A stretch of DNA of 61,336 nt, filler included, from Rhabdomonas costata (taxonomy: Eukaryota), in NCBI GenBank assembly GCA_019059605.1. It is 20 parts of 20 records of this genome, joined end to end, with 100 filler letters (N's around TTAATTAATTAA, not from the genome) between each part and the next. Parts side by side here need not be neighbours in the genome. Positions count along the whole stretch, not along the records: positions 12,299 to 15,275 come from JAHMHO010001621.1; positions 15,376 to 18,349 come from JAHMHO010001622.1; positions 18,450 to 21,420 come from JAHMHO010001623.1; positions 21,521 to 24,491 come from JAHMHO010001624.1; positions 24,592 to 27,562 come from JAHMHO010001625.1; 15 more parts are not named here. One strand, 5' to 3'. This document shows, piece by piece, positions 12,199-24,992 of the stretch. The position numbers and the translations under genes were made by a program. The notes beneath the pieces were generated by a model that was not told the DNA's origin, searched no databases, and saw only the letters and a list, made by a program, of their open reading frames with translations. The stretch's first letter is position 1; each line of letters starts with the position of its first letter.

Positions 12199-13099
12199 NN
12201 NNNNNNNNNNNNNNNNNNNNNNNNNNNNNNNNNNNNNNNNNNTTAATTAATTAANNNNNNNNNNNNNNNNNNNNNNNNNNNNNNNNNNNNNNNNNNNNTG
12301 TCAGTGGGTTTATGGCTGGAGGGTGTGTGGCGTTGAGGGCTTCGTGTCATTGCTTCTTGTGATGTGCTTGGTGTGTTACGCTGTGTTAGTGCTTGCTGTG
12401 TCAGAGGATGTGTGGGGTTGAGGGCTGATGTTGGGTTCGTGTTGATGGGTTCGTGTTGATGGGTTCGTGGGGTTCGTGAGGTTCGCGGTGTTGGCATAGC
12501 TTGGGTGAGTGCATTCTGTGTTTGTGTTCTTCGCGCTTCTGAGGTGGTAGGGTGGATGTTGTTGGTGAGTTAGTGCGTAATGGTAACGGTATCAGTATGA
12601 CTGTGAGTGAAGAATGCAGTAACTCGGCATGACTCAGAGGGAGAGCAGAAAGCAAGATGAACCCTCCTACCTGCCGGTGGTCATCCAATCCTTCTATCAT
12701 TCTATCATACTACGCATTGCTCGCTGACGCACCCATGCTTCATACCGTCTCTGCATTCCTGAACCCAAAGTGTATAGGGTGTAGGAATGCATTGAGGGGT
12801 TTATGCTCTACTCCGCTACGCTGCGTGACCTTCCTTCCCACAACGGTAAGACATTCACCTCCTACTCCGCGATGCCCTTACGACCATCGCTACGTGCCCT
12901 TCACCTCTACCTGTATTGGTGCTCCTGTGGCTACGCCAGGACGGATCTACACGTACCGCCTAATGGTAGCGGTGGTGAGTGGAGAGGAGTTACAAGTGGG
13001 GGTTAGAGATGTTTATGCTGGTATGCTTGTTGTTGGTGAGCGGTGGTATTGGAATCTCACAGTGGAAATCTTAGTGCTTGTTCAAGTTTCCTTTGTGCT

Positions 13100-14560
13100 T
13101 GAAAAACGGGTTCATCAGCCTGCTCGTGCATGCCAGCTGGTCAACGGGGTCCAGATACTTCGTCTCAAATGTGATCAGCTCGCTGGAATGGAAAAAGGGC
13201 CTCATCTTCTTCCGAGTGTGTGATGGAAATTCAATATCGAAGGTGTTATTAGTGGTCTGCCTCTTGATCTTGTAAGGATTAACAGCCTTTGGTGTCAGGG
13301 GGCTAGCGGGGCCCAACTGGTTCCGATGGTGCTTTCTCTGGTTAATCAAGACGTCCTGCCCAACTACAAATTCACAATTGGCCCGCTTGATGTTGCGGAA
13401 CTCCGCTGCTATTGCCAGTTAATGGTATATGGCACGGTACACAAAACCCCAGTAGTAGTTCAGCTGCGCAAGCCTTTCCTTGGTCGTCACCATGCTCTCG
13501 CCGGTTAGCCTCTCCTCGTCGAAGTTGTGGACGTCCACGAAGAAGCTAGGGTGGTAGCCCACGTTCAAGAAGTATGGGCTTAGATCTGTGCATCCGAGGG
13601 GGGCGTCGTTGATGGCGATCTCAACAAAGTCCAGTGAAGGTAGTTGGGCAGCCTCCAATTACTGACTTCCTGCATTCTGGCGAGTACAATTGTCCACAGC
13701 ACATGCTTCATTGTCTGGTTCGTTTTCTCCGATGCGCCATTCGTATGCGTATTGAACGGTGAGTCATGCGCTGCTTGGTTTCCATAATGTCGCACAGAGC
13801 CTTCCAGAAAGCCCTCGTGAACTTGGTGTCCCTGTCGGAAATGATGCCGGATGGAAATCCCCTATGAAGCACAAATACATCTTTAACACTTGGTGTGCCT
13901 TCACTTCGTCCGAGCATGGAATCAAGATCACCTGCTTTGAAGCACGGTCTGTGATGGTCAGCACCTAATTAAAAATATGTCCCTGTGCCGTTTTGACAGT
14001 CTGAAGGTTCGTCCAGTCCAAGTAAATGGACTTCCACTGCCTCATGGGCATCTCCAATAGTTTCATGTGGCCTTGTGGAAGATGATGTTGTGCCTTGGCC
14101 TGTTAACATGCCACGCAAGTCCTGCAACAACGGCTCACGAGCCTCCGGTAATGTTCAATTCTAAACCGTCTCCTCACAAGGCAGCTTCCGCTGCTCTTTC
14201 CTAATCTGGCACTCCAGGATCCAAGGCAGGAAGTGATCCGTGTTTCCTGTGTAGGCATGGAATTGAGGGTCTTTCTACATCAAATTCCTGAACTTGTATG
14301 CTTGTAATTAGGATTCCAACTACTCGATGAGATGTTGATGGGCTTGAGCACTGCACTCAGAAAACATCTTCTGCGCCACGAGCATCTCACTTTGCATTCG
14401 CTGCTTTGCTTGCAACGGAGCGGCCGTTGCTTGCGCGATAATCTGAGCGAGCAGATCAAAGGTGATGGAAACAGTCCATCCTGGCTAAGGTGGTCCACTC
14501 ATTGATTGCAATTAGCCTTGGGAATTTTGGGAAAGACATCTAGGGAGTGAAAAACGCAGT
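13100..14560 (-). mobile_element. Degenerate Ty3/gypsy LTR retrotransposon pol (integrase, probable RNase H end)
   Basis: Frameshifted fragments: CRTCVAC...LPQGHMKLLEMP..W; LTITDRASKQVILIPC; HRGFPSGIISDRDTKFTRAFWKALC; HTNGASEKTNQTMKHVL; LSPYFLNVGYHP; PYKIKRQ...FHSSEL. Confidence 0.88.
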
Positions 14561-15122
14561 GAGTCACGATCAGCAAGTAAAAGAGCATCTCTCCTACCCC
14601 CATCATCCAGCCATGGGTCCACTCCCATGCGTGACGACTGTGAATGTGACCCTGTGACCGTACCGACCTATGTCTGGGAGTTACCACATGTAGAGGAATG
14701 ATGCGAAGACTTGAGCATCCTGACGTTTCTACTTCTCAAGTACTGGCTGTGAACAGGAGACATGGGCGTAGTGAATGTTGAGTGTGAACCGTGATCGATG
14801 TAAAGGATACAAAGAGGAACAGGTGACACGAACGCAGTGAGAGTACAGTGTGACGCCAGGAGGAACGAGCGCGTAGCGAGTGACGACAAAGGACTAAACA
14901 TTAGCGTAACGATTGTGAACGACCAGGACATAACAAGTGACCATGAGCACGAGGAACGCAGTGACGAGAGCGATTGTGAACAGGAGGAACATGAGCGCAG
15001 TGATTTTGACGACTGAGAGGAACAGGAGCGACATCGAATGCATTGAGAGGAGCGAGTGTGATTAATGAATCGTAGAACTCACCCTACTGAGTCCTAACTC
15101 TTGCTTGAGAGTGTGGGTGTCT

Positions 15123-15152
15123 CTCTTACTCTTACTCTTACTCTTACTCTTA
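15123..15152 (+). repeat. (CTCTTA)n microsatellite
   Basis: About 5 tandem hexamer copies. Confidence 0.8.
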
Positions 15153-15375
15153 CCCTCGGTCTAGCGTTGGTTTAGCGGTCATGGCATACCGTACGCCTTA
15201 CCCTCCCTCTGTGTGGGTTGACATCCAGGACACTGACACCAGTAGCATGTTTCCTCTGGTGCGTTGATGCTGTGANNNNNNNNNNNNNNNNNNNNNNNNN
15301 NNNNNNNNNNNNNNNNNNNTTAATTAATTAANNNNNNNNNNNNNNNNNNNNNNNNNNNNNNNNNNNNNNNNNNNN

Positions 15376-15462
15376 TGTTGTGGTGACATTATTAAACAAC
15401 CCTGGGTGCATCATCTCATGAGATGATGCACCCAGGGTTGTTTAATAATGTCTCCACAACGA
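15376..15462. repeat. Palindrome with no loop at contig start
   Basis: gacattattaaacaaccctgggtgcatcatctca|tgagatgatgcacccagggttgtttaataatgtc. Confidence 0.9.
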
Positions 15463-15649
15463 CGCGTGAACAAAAAATGCTCTTCCTGTGTAACTTCAGA
15501 ACTAGCAACCAATATTTTGGTGGGCTCGGTACAAAATCTGAACAGAACTGTATTGAGGGCAAAAAACCGCTCGTACAAAAAGTGCGAGTCAGTTTGTCGC
15601 GACCTGGAAAAAAATGGTGACGTGTTGCTGTGGCGCGTTTCAAGAATAC

Positions 15650-15880
15650 CTGACGGTAGTTTCCTCGGACCATCATTCCAGTGGGCACCTTGCGCGCTGG
15701 ATACTGGAAGGTGTGCGGCTCGGCCTGGGGCGAATAGTCACCAAATGCAAGTTCCTCAAAGTGGACTTTGACTCCCATCTTTGAAGTGGTTTTCAGGGAA
15801 CGAAGGTTTCGCACTGGGGCATGCACAAGGAAGTAGAGAGTCTCGGTCTGCTCCATTCCTTCCTCCTGCAAAGTCGAAAA
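15650..15880 (-). CDS. Rho GDP-dissociation inhibitor-like exon
   Basis: EEGMEQTETLYFLVHAPVRNLRSLKTTSKMGVKVHFEELAFGDYSPQAEPHTFQYPARKVPTGMMVRGNYR follows the RhoGDI pattern (G.KV....LGxYxP..E......PSGM..RG.Y). Donor is CAG|GTATTC. The acceptor is at 15881 or 15866. Confidence 0.7.
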
Positions 15881-16082
15881 CTGCTTGAAACGACCCAAAA
15901 GCATGAAGCAAAGAAATGGTTTCAAAACGTCATTGACTATCTTGGTTACGTTTTGCGGATCAACAACAACAACGGGCAGAAAATCGTCAGCATTCCCCCA
16001 GCTACCAGCTAGAGCAATCATCAGTCCCCATTCCATCTTTCTTTCTATGTAGTGGCTAGGCTTTTCTCTGATGCGAGCGCAT

Positions 16083-16393
16083 CCATTCTCGTTCACGAGG
16101 GTTGTTCATTCGCCTCAGTGGGGTCCGAGAATCAGCCATTCAAACCGTCCACACCACATTCGCGACTAACGTGTCTGAAAGGACCTCGCATTGGGAATGC
16201 ACTCGTGGGGTAAATGCGCGTTTACTTCTGTCTTCTGTCTTTGCCTGGACGACCGTCGGCTACTCGGTGATGATCGTGATGATGATAATGTGAGTGTTTA
16301 TTAATTTAGGTTATTGCACTCTAATCATAGTTTGGAGGCCAGCGGTCCGGTGTAGGAGACGCATTGAGACGCACTTTCCCTCTCCTTGATTCC
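16083..16393 (+). repeat. Diverged direct repeat, copy A (copy B at 17521-17747)
   Basis: Shared blocks ccattctcgttcacgag, cttctgtcttctgt...gcctggacgacc, gatgataatgtgag, gaggccagcggtccggtg and agacgcactttccctctcctt. Copy A carries an extra insert of about 70 bp. Confidence 0.85.
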
Positions 16394-16742
16394 CTCAGGT
16401 TGCCACTTGCTTGCTTCGTCATTGCCTGGGGGCCCAAAGGTGAATCACCTCCTCCGGGTGCTTTGGACTCCCATCCCAAACAAATTTGTCGAAGAGACTA
16501 AGGAGAATGCTCTCTGAGGGACTATGTCGACTCCATTTTGGGTCCCGACTCTTTTTGGTGCCAGTTCCGCTCACCCATTCGGTATGGAGGTTCGGGTTTC
16601 AGAATCCTCTGGGTGCGACTGACGGAGTTGCCCTTTCAGGGTCGCGACCGGCCAGCGGACCTTTTGAACGCGAAATGGAACAACGACCGACGTAGCCATT
16701 GACCCTACGGTGCGTCCATTGCGAATCCTTCGCACCCTTGCG

Positions 16743-17112
16743 AATGGCCGACAAGGATGAGGCCTTCAAACATTTGAAGTATGACGACATCTGTGCGGCT
16801 GGCATCGACCTGATTCCACACGTTTGGGGTTTGCAGAAGAGGGGTTGTGCCGTGGTTCCTTCGAGGTTTCGTCTAAGCCTGTGCGCAGGTGAAAACCAGA
16901 AAGCTAAGGGGAACGGGGTACTTTTAACCTTTACAAACAGTGAAGAGCGGTGTGTGCAGTTCGTGTGCCCGGTCAATACACAACCGCACAAAGTCAAGTT
17001 CCCGCGTTCGATCTTCAAGAGATACTCTAAGAGATTGGCCACCGACAACGAGGTGAGCTTCCCTGGGAAGCAACCGTCCGTCGCCCTGCGCAAGGCCGTG
17101 GCGAAACAATGA
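16743..17112 (+). CDS. Hypothetical ORF between the direct repeats
   Basis: MADKDEAFKHLKYDDICAAG...LRKAVAKQ has protein-like composition but no recognised motif. Confidence 0.3.
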
Positions 17113-17520
17113 GCGACGTGTACACCCAGATGGCGGGTCCTGGGCCTCGCCCTGCCCCTCTCAGCCTCCTGACCACAAGCGCACTACCCCTGGCTGAACA
17201 CTTGCCTCCTACCTCGAATTGCAGGAGGTCGGGAGACCGCCTTCGGCGGGGCTCCCATACAGTTCCATTCCTCTCTCTTTAGTTCTCTATTTGAAACACA
17301 AAGGGTCAGCCATAATTTTTTCTGCCTATCTTATTATCTTATTATCTTATCTCTCCTCTCGCTCAGTTGGGCGGTCTACCAGCCACCTACGGTGTAGAAA
17401 TGTGCATAGTGCCCGTCTGTTTGTCCCCTTTTGTTGCAGTATAGCCCACTCCTGTGAACCTTCGGCACCCGATATGTGCGGTCACGCCCTGTGTTCGTGA
17501 CCACTTGGGAAAAAACACAA

Positions 17521-17747
17521 CCATTCTCGTTCACGAGAGTTGTTCATTCAGCCGCCTCACTGGGGTACGAGAATCAATAATTCAACCTTCCGCTTCTGTC
17601 TTCTGTGTGCCTGGACGACCATCGGCTATTCGGTAATGATGATAATGTGAGAGCTTAATATTTGGGTTAACGAACTCTGTTGCACAGATCATAGTCACGA
17701 GGCCAGCGGTCCGGTGAAGAAGACGCACTTTCCCTCTCCTTTATTCC
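17521..17747 (+). repeat. Diverged direct repeat, copy B
   Basis: Aligns by eye to 16083-16393. Confidence 0.85.
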
Positions 17748-18479
17748 ACCCCAAAGAAAATGCATGCCAAGGAAAAGGTCAGCTCGTGCGAGGAGTACAG
17801 GGTCTCCAAGGTTGAGCCATTTCGCACCAGAATGCTCTTCACCAGCGTTATCCTATTTCCGTTAACGGGGGTCGCAGAAGTTGCCGGTGGCAAAGGGGAA
17901 GCGGGGGCAGTTGAAGCAGGCACAGGATCCACCAAGCGACCAGCGGCGTCGGCGTCTTCACGAATGGAAGGCTGAACGACATCAGAGATCAGCTGCTCCC
18001 GTTTCTTCCTGCACCTGCCCTTTAAGGAAGGTCCCGCTTCAGTACGATCGTGCTTGCCATCCGGGGCACTCAGCTTACCACCGGAATCGGTACACGAGGA
18101 GACTTGCCCACTTGCAGGTTGCCCATGATACAACAGACACCAGCGCCTTGTCCCAGACGTAAAACCATGACTTGATATAGCAGCGGAAGGAGGAAGTGGC
18201 ATCCCACAAAGAGGGGCCTGCGAAAACCAAAGGGGAAACGGGAAGAAAGATGCTAGCATTTCTTCACAAGGCACAGGAAGTTGTCCAATCACTATCTTAC
18301 AACAGGCATTACAACATAGACAGATGAGTTCACAATCTTACAAACAAAANNNNNNNNNNNNNNNNNNNNNNNNNNNNNNNNNNNNNNNNNNNNTTAATTA
18401 ATTAANNNNNNNNNNNNNNNNNNNNNNNNNNNNNNNNNNNNNNNNNNNNGTTGGTGGTTGACAGTGCACGCTGTAGCTG

Positions 18480-19375
18480 GTTTGATGATAGTGCGACGGA
18501 CGAGGAGCCTCTCTGATGGATTATGGAACCATCAAGTTTGTGATTCGAGCCGTCTTCGGGGATAAACTCTTCCCCTTCCTCCCAATCTGCAGTGGTGTTA
18601 TCGCCTGCTTGGTGATGGAACGCCACGGTATGTCTGGCGGTGGGAGTCCGAGGTGCAGGCGTCTTCGATTTCTCTTTCTACAATCGGTGGTGGCGGTTCA
18701 TCTACCTGTACGCGCAACACATACTGGATGATGTCACTTGCGTGGAAGACATTGTGAAACTTCCGGGTAATCCGACTTGAAAAATTCAGCTTGAACGTCC
18801 GATGTCCTATTGTTTTGTTGATGATGAAGTGGCAGGTTGCCTTTGTGACTAAACGGTGGGAACCTCGGATTTTGTACCTCTCGTTCTTACGAGAGCTAAC
18901 TAGGACCACGTTTCCTACTCGGAAGCGGTGATCTTTTTTCGCTCGACGTATATGTACTGTTGCTGCAAACAGAAGTCTGAAATATGGTTCCAATCATCCA
19001 GGAGTCCATTAACAATCTGCTGGGGCCTTTCCTATATATGATTGATGGGACTACTGTACTGGGTGGTGGGTGTAGAAAGTCGGGTGATATCCAAGGTTGA
19101 TGCAGTACGGCAAATAATAGGTCTCGACCAGCGGAGCGTTGTTCACCGCCATCAAGCCAATAAATGTCTTCGTACTGAGCCACTCGAAGCAATTGCTTGA
19201 TTGTGGCATTCATTCTTTCGTCAAGTCCATTGGTATGAGGATGAAATACGCTCGAGGTTTGGATCCGAATGCTGAGGTGGGAACACACAGTCTCCCAAAA
19301 GGATGACATGAATCCAGAGTCTCTGTCGAAGATGATTAAGGCCGTTTCTGTTACCCTACCACATGAAGACCTCAC
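18480..19375 (-). mobile_element. Degenerate Ty3/gypsy integrase (core plus GPY/F module)
   Basis: IIFDRDSGFMSSFWETVCSHLSIRIQTSSVFHPHTNGLDERMNATIKQLLR and FRVGNVVLVS...FHNVFHAS, with frameshifts and stops. Confidence 0.88.
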
Positions 19376-22124
19376 TCCTACTCCAAAAAGATGCCTTCCT
19401 GTGGTTTTCGGCTTTTCTTGTGTTTGTATTTTTGGCTTTTCTTGACTTTTGCCTTTATTGTTTTTGGGATTTGTACCACTTTTTTCCTTCGTTTCACGTT
19501 TTGGTTTTGTTTAGTTTGGTTCATCCATCAAGTTTCTGGTAAGAACATCAACAGATACATCATCAGAAGACGGTGTTCGGATCGACAATCCTGTCCAGTT
19601 ACCATCCTTCCACTCGCGCCACCTGCGCTGAGCACGGATCGCTCTTTGTGGTGGAGAGTGATGCGGCTGACAGTCCACCCAGGTGGATTTGGGATCTGTT
19701 GCAGAGGAGGAGCGCTTGGAGAGCGAGAGGTGGGACAATATGTGTCTCCGAAGCAAACCCCATACACCGTGCAGAATGGGAGATAGAAATGAACCGGAGA
19801 CGTAAGATCCACTTCTTCAGACATAATGCTTAAAATATCGGCCCGGGTAGACTGAGCGGGACGGAAACAAATGCTAAGGATTGGGAGGAAATTCCTTTGC
19901 CTCGATCGATGTCTCAATTGTGCTTGCCAGTGCTTCTTTGGACAAAACCCGACTGTAGAGATTGTATTGTTGTTTAATTCATCCTGTCGAGAATTCTAAC
20001 AGGCTGAACCAAGCTAGAGGAGTTGCCATGAAGAGCCCCCAAAACTCGAACCACAGCCGAAAACCGATCGGTTGATGTATTTATCTTACGCATTGAAAGA
20101 CCAGTGACCATCCCAGGCAAAACCAATCTGGTTCGGCAAGAACGGCTCCCAGTCGGCCCTACTGTAACAGCGAACGATTGGTGCCGCCTTCACACACAGG
20201 GATACTTCACGCGGTGTGCTGTGGCGTGTCATTCTGCGGATTGTTCTGTACACCTGTTGGTTTTTTGTAGCGTCAAAGATACTGCTGTTTGTGCTGAACG
20301 ACACCACAGGCATTGTGGTAAGAGTGTGAGACGTGCCATTTCACACACGCGCATACACACAGTGATTCGTGCTCGTTATTGGGGCCAAATGGCGCCCCGA
20401 GAATTGCGAGGTGGTGGTGGGGATGGGAGACGGCGCACGGCGTCGGCGTAGCTGCGTGGAGGGTGTCTAGCTGATGGGGTACGTGGGTTGGTTCCAGCGC
20501 TTCCTGGAGAGCTCACGGAATGGGAACAGAGTATTCAGACGTGAGCCGTCATGAGCGGTTCCTCCGCAGAGCTCAGGGGTGGGGTGGTAGGCGTTGGTGT
20601 TTGCTTGTCGTGTGAGGTGGTTCCAGAAGAAGTGGCGGAATCTTCATTGAGAGAAGTTTGCGCAACCCTCCTGCATCTAGTTTGTGGGCTGGTGTGAAGG
20701 ATTGATACCTATGTGGGAAGGCTCGTGGTGCCACGGCTTGTAGAGCCTTGTGGTTGGACCTGGGTCCTCGCGGGTGAGTACGGGGACCGGCGCAGTGGAG
20801 GAGTTCCCCGCGACCCCGACGCTTGTTGTTAAATCTTCTCGTTCTCGTTATCTAGGCTGTAGCCATTGTTGTACACATCAGAGGTTGCTGTCATCCACAC
20901 AGAAGTGCATCTCGGTTCTGTCCAGAACGTGCATCAGCTGCGCGTTCTACTCGATTCCACGCCTGACCGCCTTGATGACCATGAGGATGAGGAGGCCTTG
21001 TGGAGTGACCAGCCTTCTTGTTCTTCCTCGTCATCACTGTCCGCTTCACTGGCGCGCCGCGGCTCGTGCTTTCTATGCACATTTCAACGCAGCTGCATTT
21101 GGAGATACAGCAGCTCGCTGGAAAGGCAGACAAAGCGGTGCTCCTTCTTGAACCAGCCCGACCAGATCTCGTACCTGAGGTTACCACAAGCTGCCATGAC
21201 GGCACAGTAATCCCGATGAAACAGTGTGTCCCAGTATCCTTCTTGGTGTACAAACGCCGGCCCTGGGTGAGAACGCCCTCAGCAGGACATGGTTTGGTGA
21301 GTTTGCACGTGGAGGCTACCGACAGTAGCCGCCGTCACACACATGTCGCATTGGCGCTGTGTGCTCTGAAGTGTCCTTGTGCTGCTTGTTATGCACAGCT
21401 GTTTTTGGAGCCCACACACANNNNNNNNNNNNNNNNNNNNNNNNNNNNNNNNNNNNNNNNNNNNTTAATTAATTAANNNNNNNNNNNNNNNNNNNNNNNN
21501 NNNNNNNNNNNNNNNNNNNNGGTGTGGTGTGAGGGCGGAGGTCTTTCCATTTCGGGCAAAGGTTGGCATTCTGGTGGGAAGCACTCCAGTTGTGCTGGGC
21601 AGCACTCAGACTGGCATGGTGAGGGTGACCAACGCTGGTATGGAAGACCAACCCACGCCCTCACACCACGAACGACTGAACGAACGGACGAGCCAAGTTG
21701 CATGAACCTTCCCAATTCACCCTCTGGCACCCATTGGGCGTAGGTAGCCTTAGCGCGCTCGAAAAGGTTTACCGGCGGCGTTCCTGAGGTGGTGTTTTGG
21801 AAATATTTTGCTGGGATCGCTGCGTCCGGGCCGAAGAGGGGGGGGGAGACCTCTCTACTCCGAGATCCAAACTCTTAAGAATGCACACGCACTGTGACGC
21901 GGCTACCATAGTGACCATACCCATACACGGACTATAGCCCATATAAAGAGGCGACGCACACACACGGCAAGATCACCACACACCCTAGGCTGTCAAGCAC
22001 GGATAGCAAGAGGCGGGGAGGAAAGGTTTCGGCTTGCTGCCGTATATGCCTCACCTCCTTTTGGTGGGAATATGTTATTTGATTTTCCAGGGAAATCCTT
22101 TATATTCCTCCCGTTGCTGCGCAG

Positions 22125-24491
22125 GACTGCCCGCCAATGAATTCGTTCACGTCGCCGTGTTTCCCTCCGCCACCGGCAACTGCACCGTGGAGGCAGGAAA
22201 TCCACTCACGGTCCTCCTCAACACCTCCGACCCCTCCAGGTGGCGCTGGCGGGGAAGTTTTTCGATGCTTTCAAGATTTGACTGCCGCCAACCCCACCTC
22301 CCACCTCACCACCCAAAAAAAACCTTGGTATGGCATGTTTGTTTTACGTGCCTCCTCTTGTTCCTTCAGTGTGGCGTACGTGCCCTTCACGCTGACTGTG
22401 GGGTATACCGCGGGTTTCTCGGTTGATGTCCTGGTTTCAATTTCAAGCCTCACTTTGGGAACCCTTTTGTTGCCCTCTGCCGTGGCGATTATGCGCACCC
22501 CGACCATTTCAATTATGAACAGCTCTGTGCCGCTCTCAGGTCTTCGTTTTGTGCGTCATTTTTGTTCGTTTCGCTTTGGCACACAACCACGTATATCACC
22601 GACAAAGGGATCACAAGATGTTTTGGAAAAAACAAATATGCAGAAATCATTGATTTGTCGACTATCTTTGGGTGCTGAGTATCTTCATTCTGTGTGTCAA
22701 ACAAGCAAGAATCGTCATAGTCCGGCCAGTTTGCCTTCCCCTCTTTCAGGTGGAAATATGACCATTACCGTAACTGTTGCTGGGCTGCCTGCCAACACCG
22801 GGATCTACAACCTCTCCGTAAACCTTGACGGGCTGAGGCTATGGCGCTCGCCCTTTCAGGACTGTACCACTGTCTTCCCCTCGGACAGCTCCCGGGGTCT
22901 GCCTTTTATTACCACTTGCTCCATAATTCTGGAGGACACCCAGGCCAGTCTGACTCTGGACGCATACGTTCACCCCTCTGCCGCACGTGTTGCGATGAAA
23001 GCCACGCTGAGCTCACTCAACTCAACCTGGGACTGCGCTCCGACACCCATCGTCCAGGAGGCATCCTGGGATGTTCTTCTTCCCACCATCGCTCTTGCAA
23101 TCACCACTGTTCCTCAGTTTGTACGTGGGATCTACAACCCGGTGACATTTGCAGTGGCAAACTCTGCGACTGTTGCGCCCGCGAGAGCTGTTGGGGTGTA
23201 TCTTCTACTTCAAGGGCTGCTTCCAAGCACGGTCCCCTCATTCTGTACCGTGATTTATGACAACTCTGATTTTCCGGGATGCTCCCTATACTGTCCTTTA
23301 TGGGACTTTGAACCGGGAAATGCCTACAACTGGACCCTCATGCTGATTTCCACCGCTCCGTCGCTGACGACCCTTCAGTTACAAAGCACGCTCTATTCAG
23401 TGGATACGGACGCGGTTCCTGGATCCTTCGTCTCACCCATGATGCTCTCTGACCTGCAGATCACTCTCTTCACCGCTGTGTGGTTTCCGGGGAACTCTTT
23501 CAACGTCACGGTGGAGTTTGTGAACTTTAGTCCCTCTGAAGCTGACGGGGCATTGTTTCTGCTCCAGCTCTACCCAGGTGACATGGATACCCTGGGATCG
23601 TATACCTACTTGGGAGTGGACCAGTGGCCAGGTTTGAACCTGGTGTCAGGAAATCAGGCTCAAGTTCAGATGACGAACATCTCGGCAAACTCTTCGGTGA
23701 TGCTAACCACCACGCTGGTTTTCTCAAGCTGTTCCGCTGGTGCCTTCTCGCTCGTGGCCACGATTCACGACCCAAACGGCGACTCAAACCCGAGCGCATG
23801 CGTCCAGACTCTCTACCTGAGCAAGGTTGGGCCGCAGTTCATCTACTCGGTGGTGCCTGTAGATCCGCAAACGTGTCCCTACAACCCGGATTCCACCGTT
23901 GCATTCAGTTACAATGCCACAGTGACGGCCACTGACGTTCCACTTGCGTCCACATCGATTTCCCTTTCTGTTTACGGTGGAACGGTGGCCTCTGTAGACA
24001 ATGGAGACTGCACTATTACGTCAGCATCCCAGATCAGCTGCACGATTCCTGATCTAGCTCCGGGGCAAGTGCACACACTTCTCTCTGCGCTCTCGGCTGT
24101 TGTTGACAGCATGGTTCCGGATGGCCAGCTCGCCTTCATTTCGCAGGCTTCTGCGCAATGCTTCGAGGATGCATTGCCTTGCCCGTGGTCCTGCGGCAAC
24201 TCCAGCTATGCCGTGAATCCCCCTCTGGTGATTACTACAGTGAGTCTTACGGGCCCTCTAGTGGCCGCCCGTAGTGATGGAGGTTTGGTTCAGTTGGTAA
24301 ACAATGGGAGCTACGGCACATTGGGTCCACAAGTTATACTCTCCATCACAGCGATGACCGGAGTGACACTATTCATTCCACCTGACTCTCCCATCTTCTC
24401 ATTGTGCACTTTCCCGGTTCCGTATCAGCTGTTTTGCGTTCTTTCGGCAACCCTGAACCCAGCTGACGTGCTCGAACTGCCCCACAACCCC
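22125..24491 (+). CDS. Large surface/secreted protein with DUF11/Ig-like beta domains, partial (exons about 22125-22239, 22369-22539, 22750-24491+)
   Basis: The last exon is open for more than 570 codons and is rich in Thr/Ser/Val with many NxS/T sites. SDLQITL...GNSFNVTVEFVNFSPSEA and CTIPDLAPG resemble DUF11 repeats. Confidence 0.7.
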
Positions 24492-24596
24492 NNNNNNNNN
24501 NNNNNNNNNNNNNNNNNNNNNNNNNNNNNNNNNNNTTAATTAATTAANNNNNNNNNNNNNNNNNNNNNNNNNNNNNNNNNNNNNNNNNNNNGTGGG

Positions 24597-24830
24597 GTGT
24601 GGTGATTTGCTAAGCACTTCACGAGCTGGGTCCAAAAGTGATGGCCTTTATCCCTTTCCCTTTCTCTCGGAATGTTGCAAAAGCAGGTGACCCCGGCAGA
24701 AAGAAACGAGATCTGCCCAATGAATTCGATCGCAACTTTCGACCGCTGGCTTCTTACTATGAAGGCAATGTTGGCATGACCGGTGCACCTTGAGTTCTCA
24801 GCTCATGAAGTGCTTAGCAAATCACCACAC
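24597..24830. repeat. Inverted repeat (32-bp or longer arms, spacer about 170 nt) at contig start
   Basis: gtgtggtgatttgctaagcacttca(c/t)gagctg at 24597-24628 and its reverse complement at 24799-24830. Confidence 0.85.
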
Positions 24831-24992
24831 GCCAGATTTGCCGCTTCTTCTTTTTCGATGTGCGGTTTGGTAACGGTTCTAACTGACTGTGCTGCATTGT
24901 CGCTGGTTCTTTCTTGTGAAGGTTAACCTTGCTTTCAGCAAAAAAAAAAATCTTCTCGGTTGCCTCCTCCATTCTCTTTCACCCCAAAACAG

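Noticed and set aside
20870-21200. Possible reverse transcriptase remnant (SPNAA..., FCVDDSNL) upstream of the gypsy integrase
   Set aside because: Too degenerate, with several stops, to call without an alignment.
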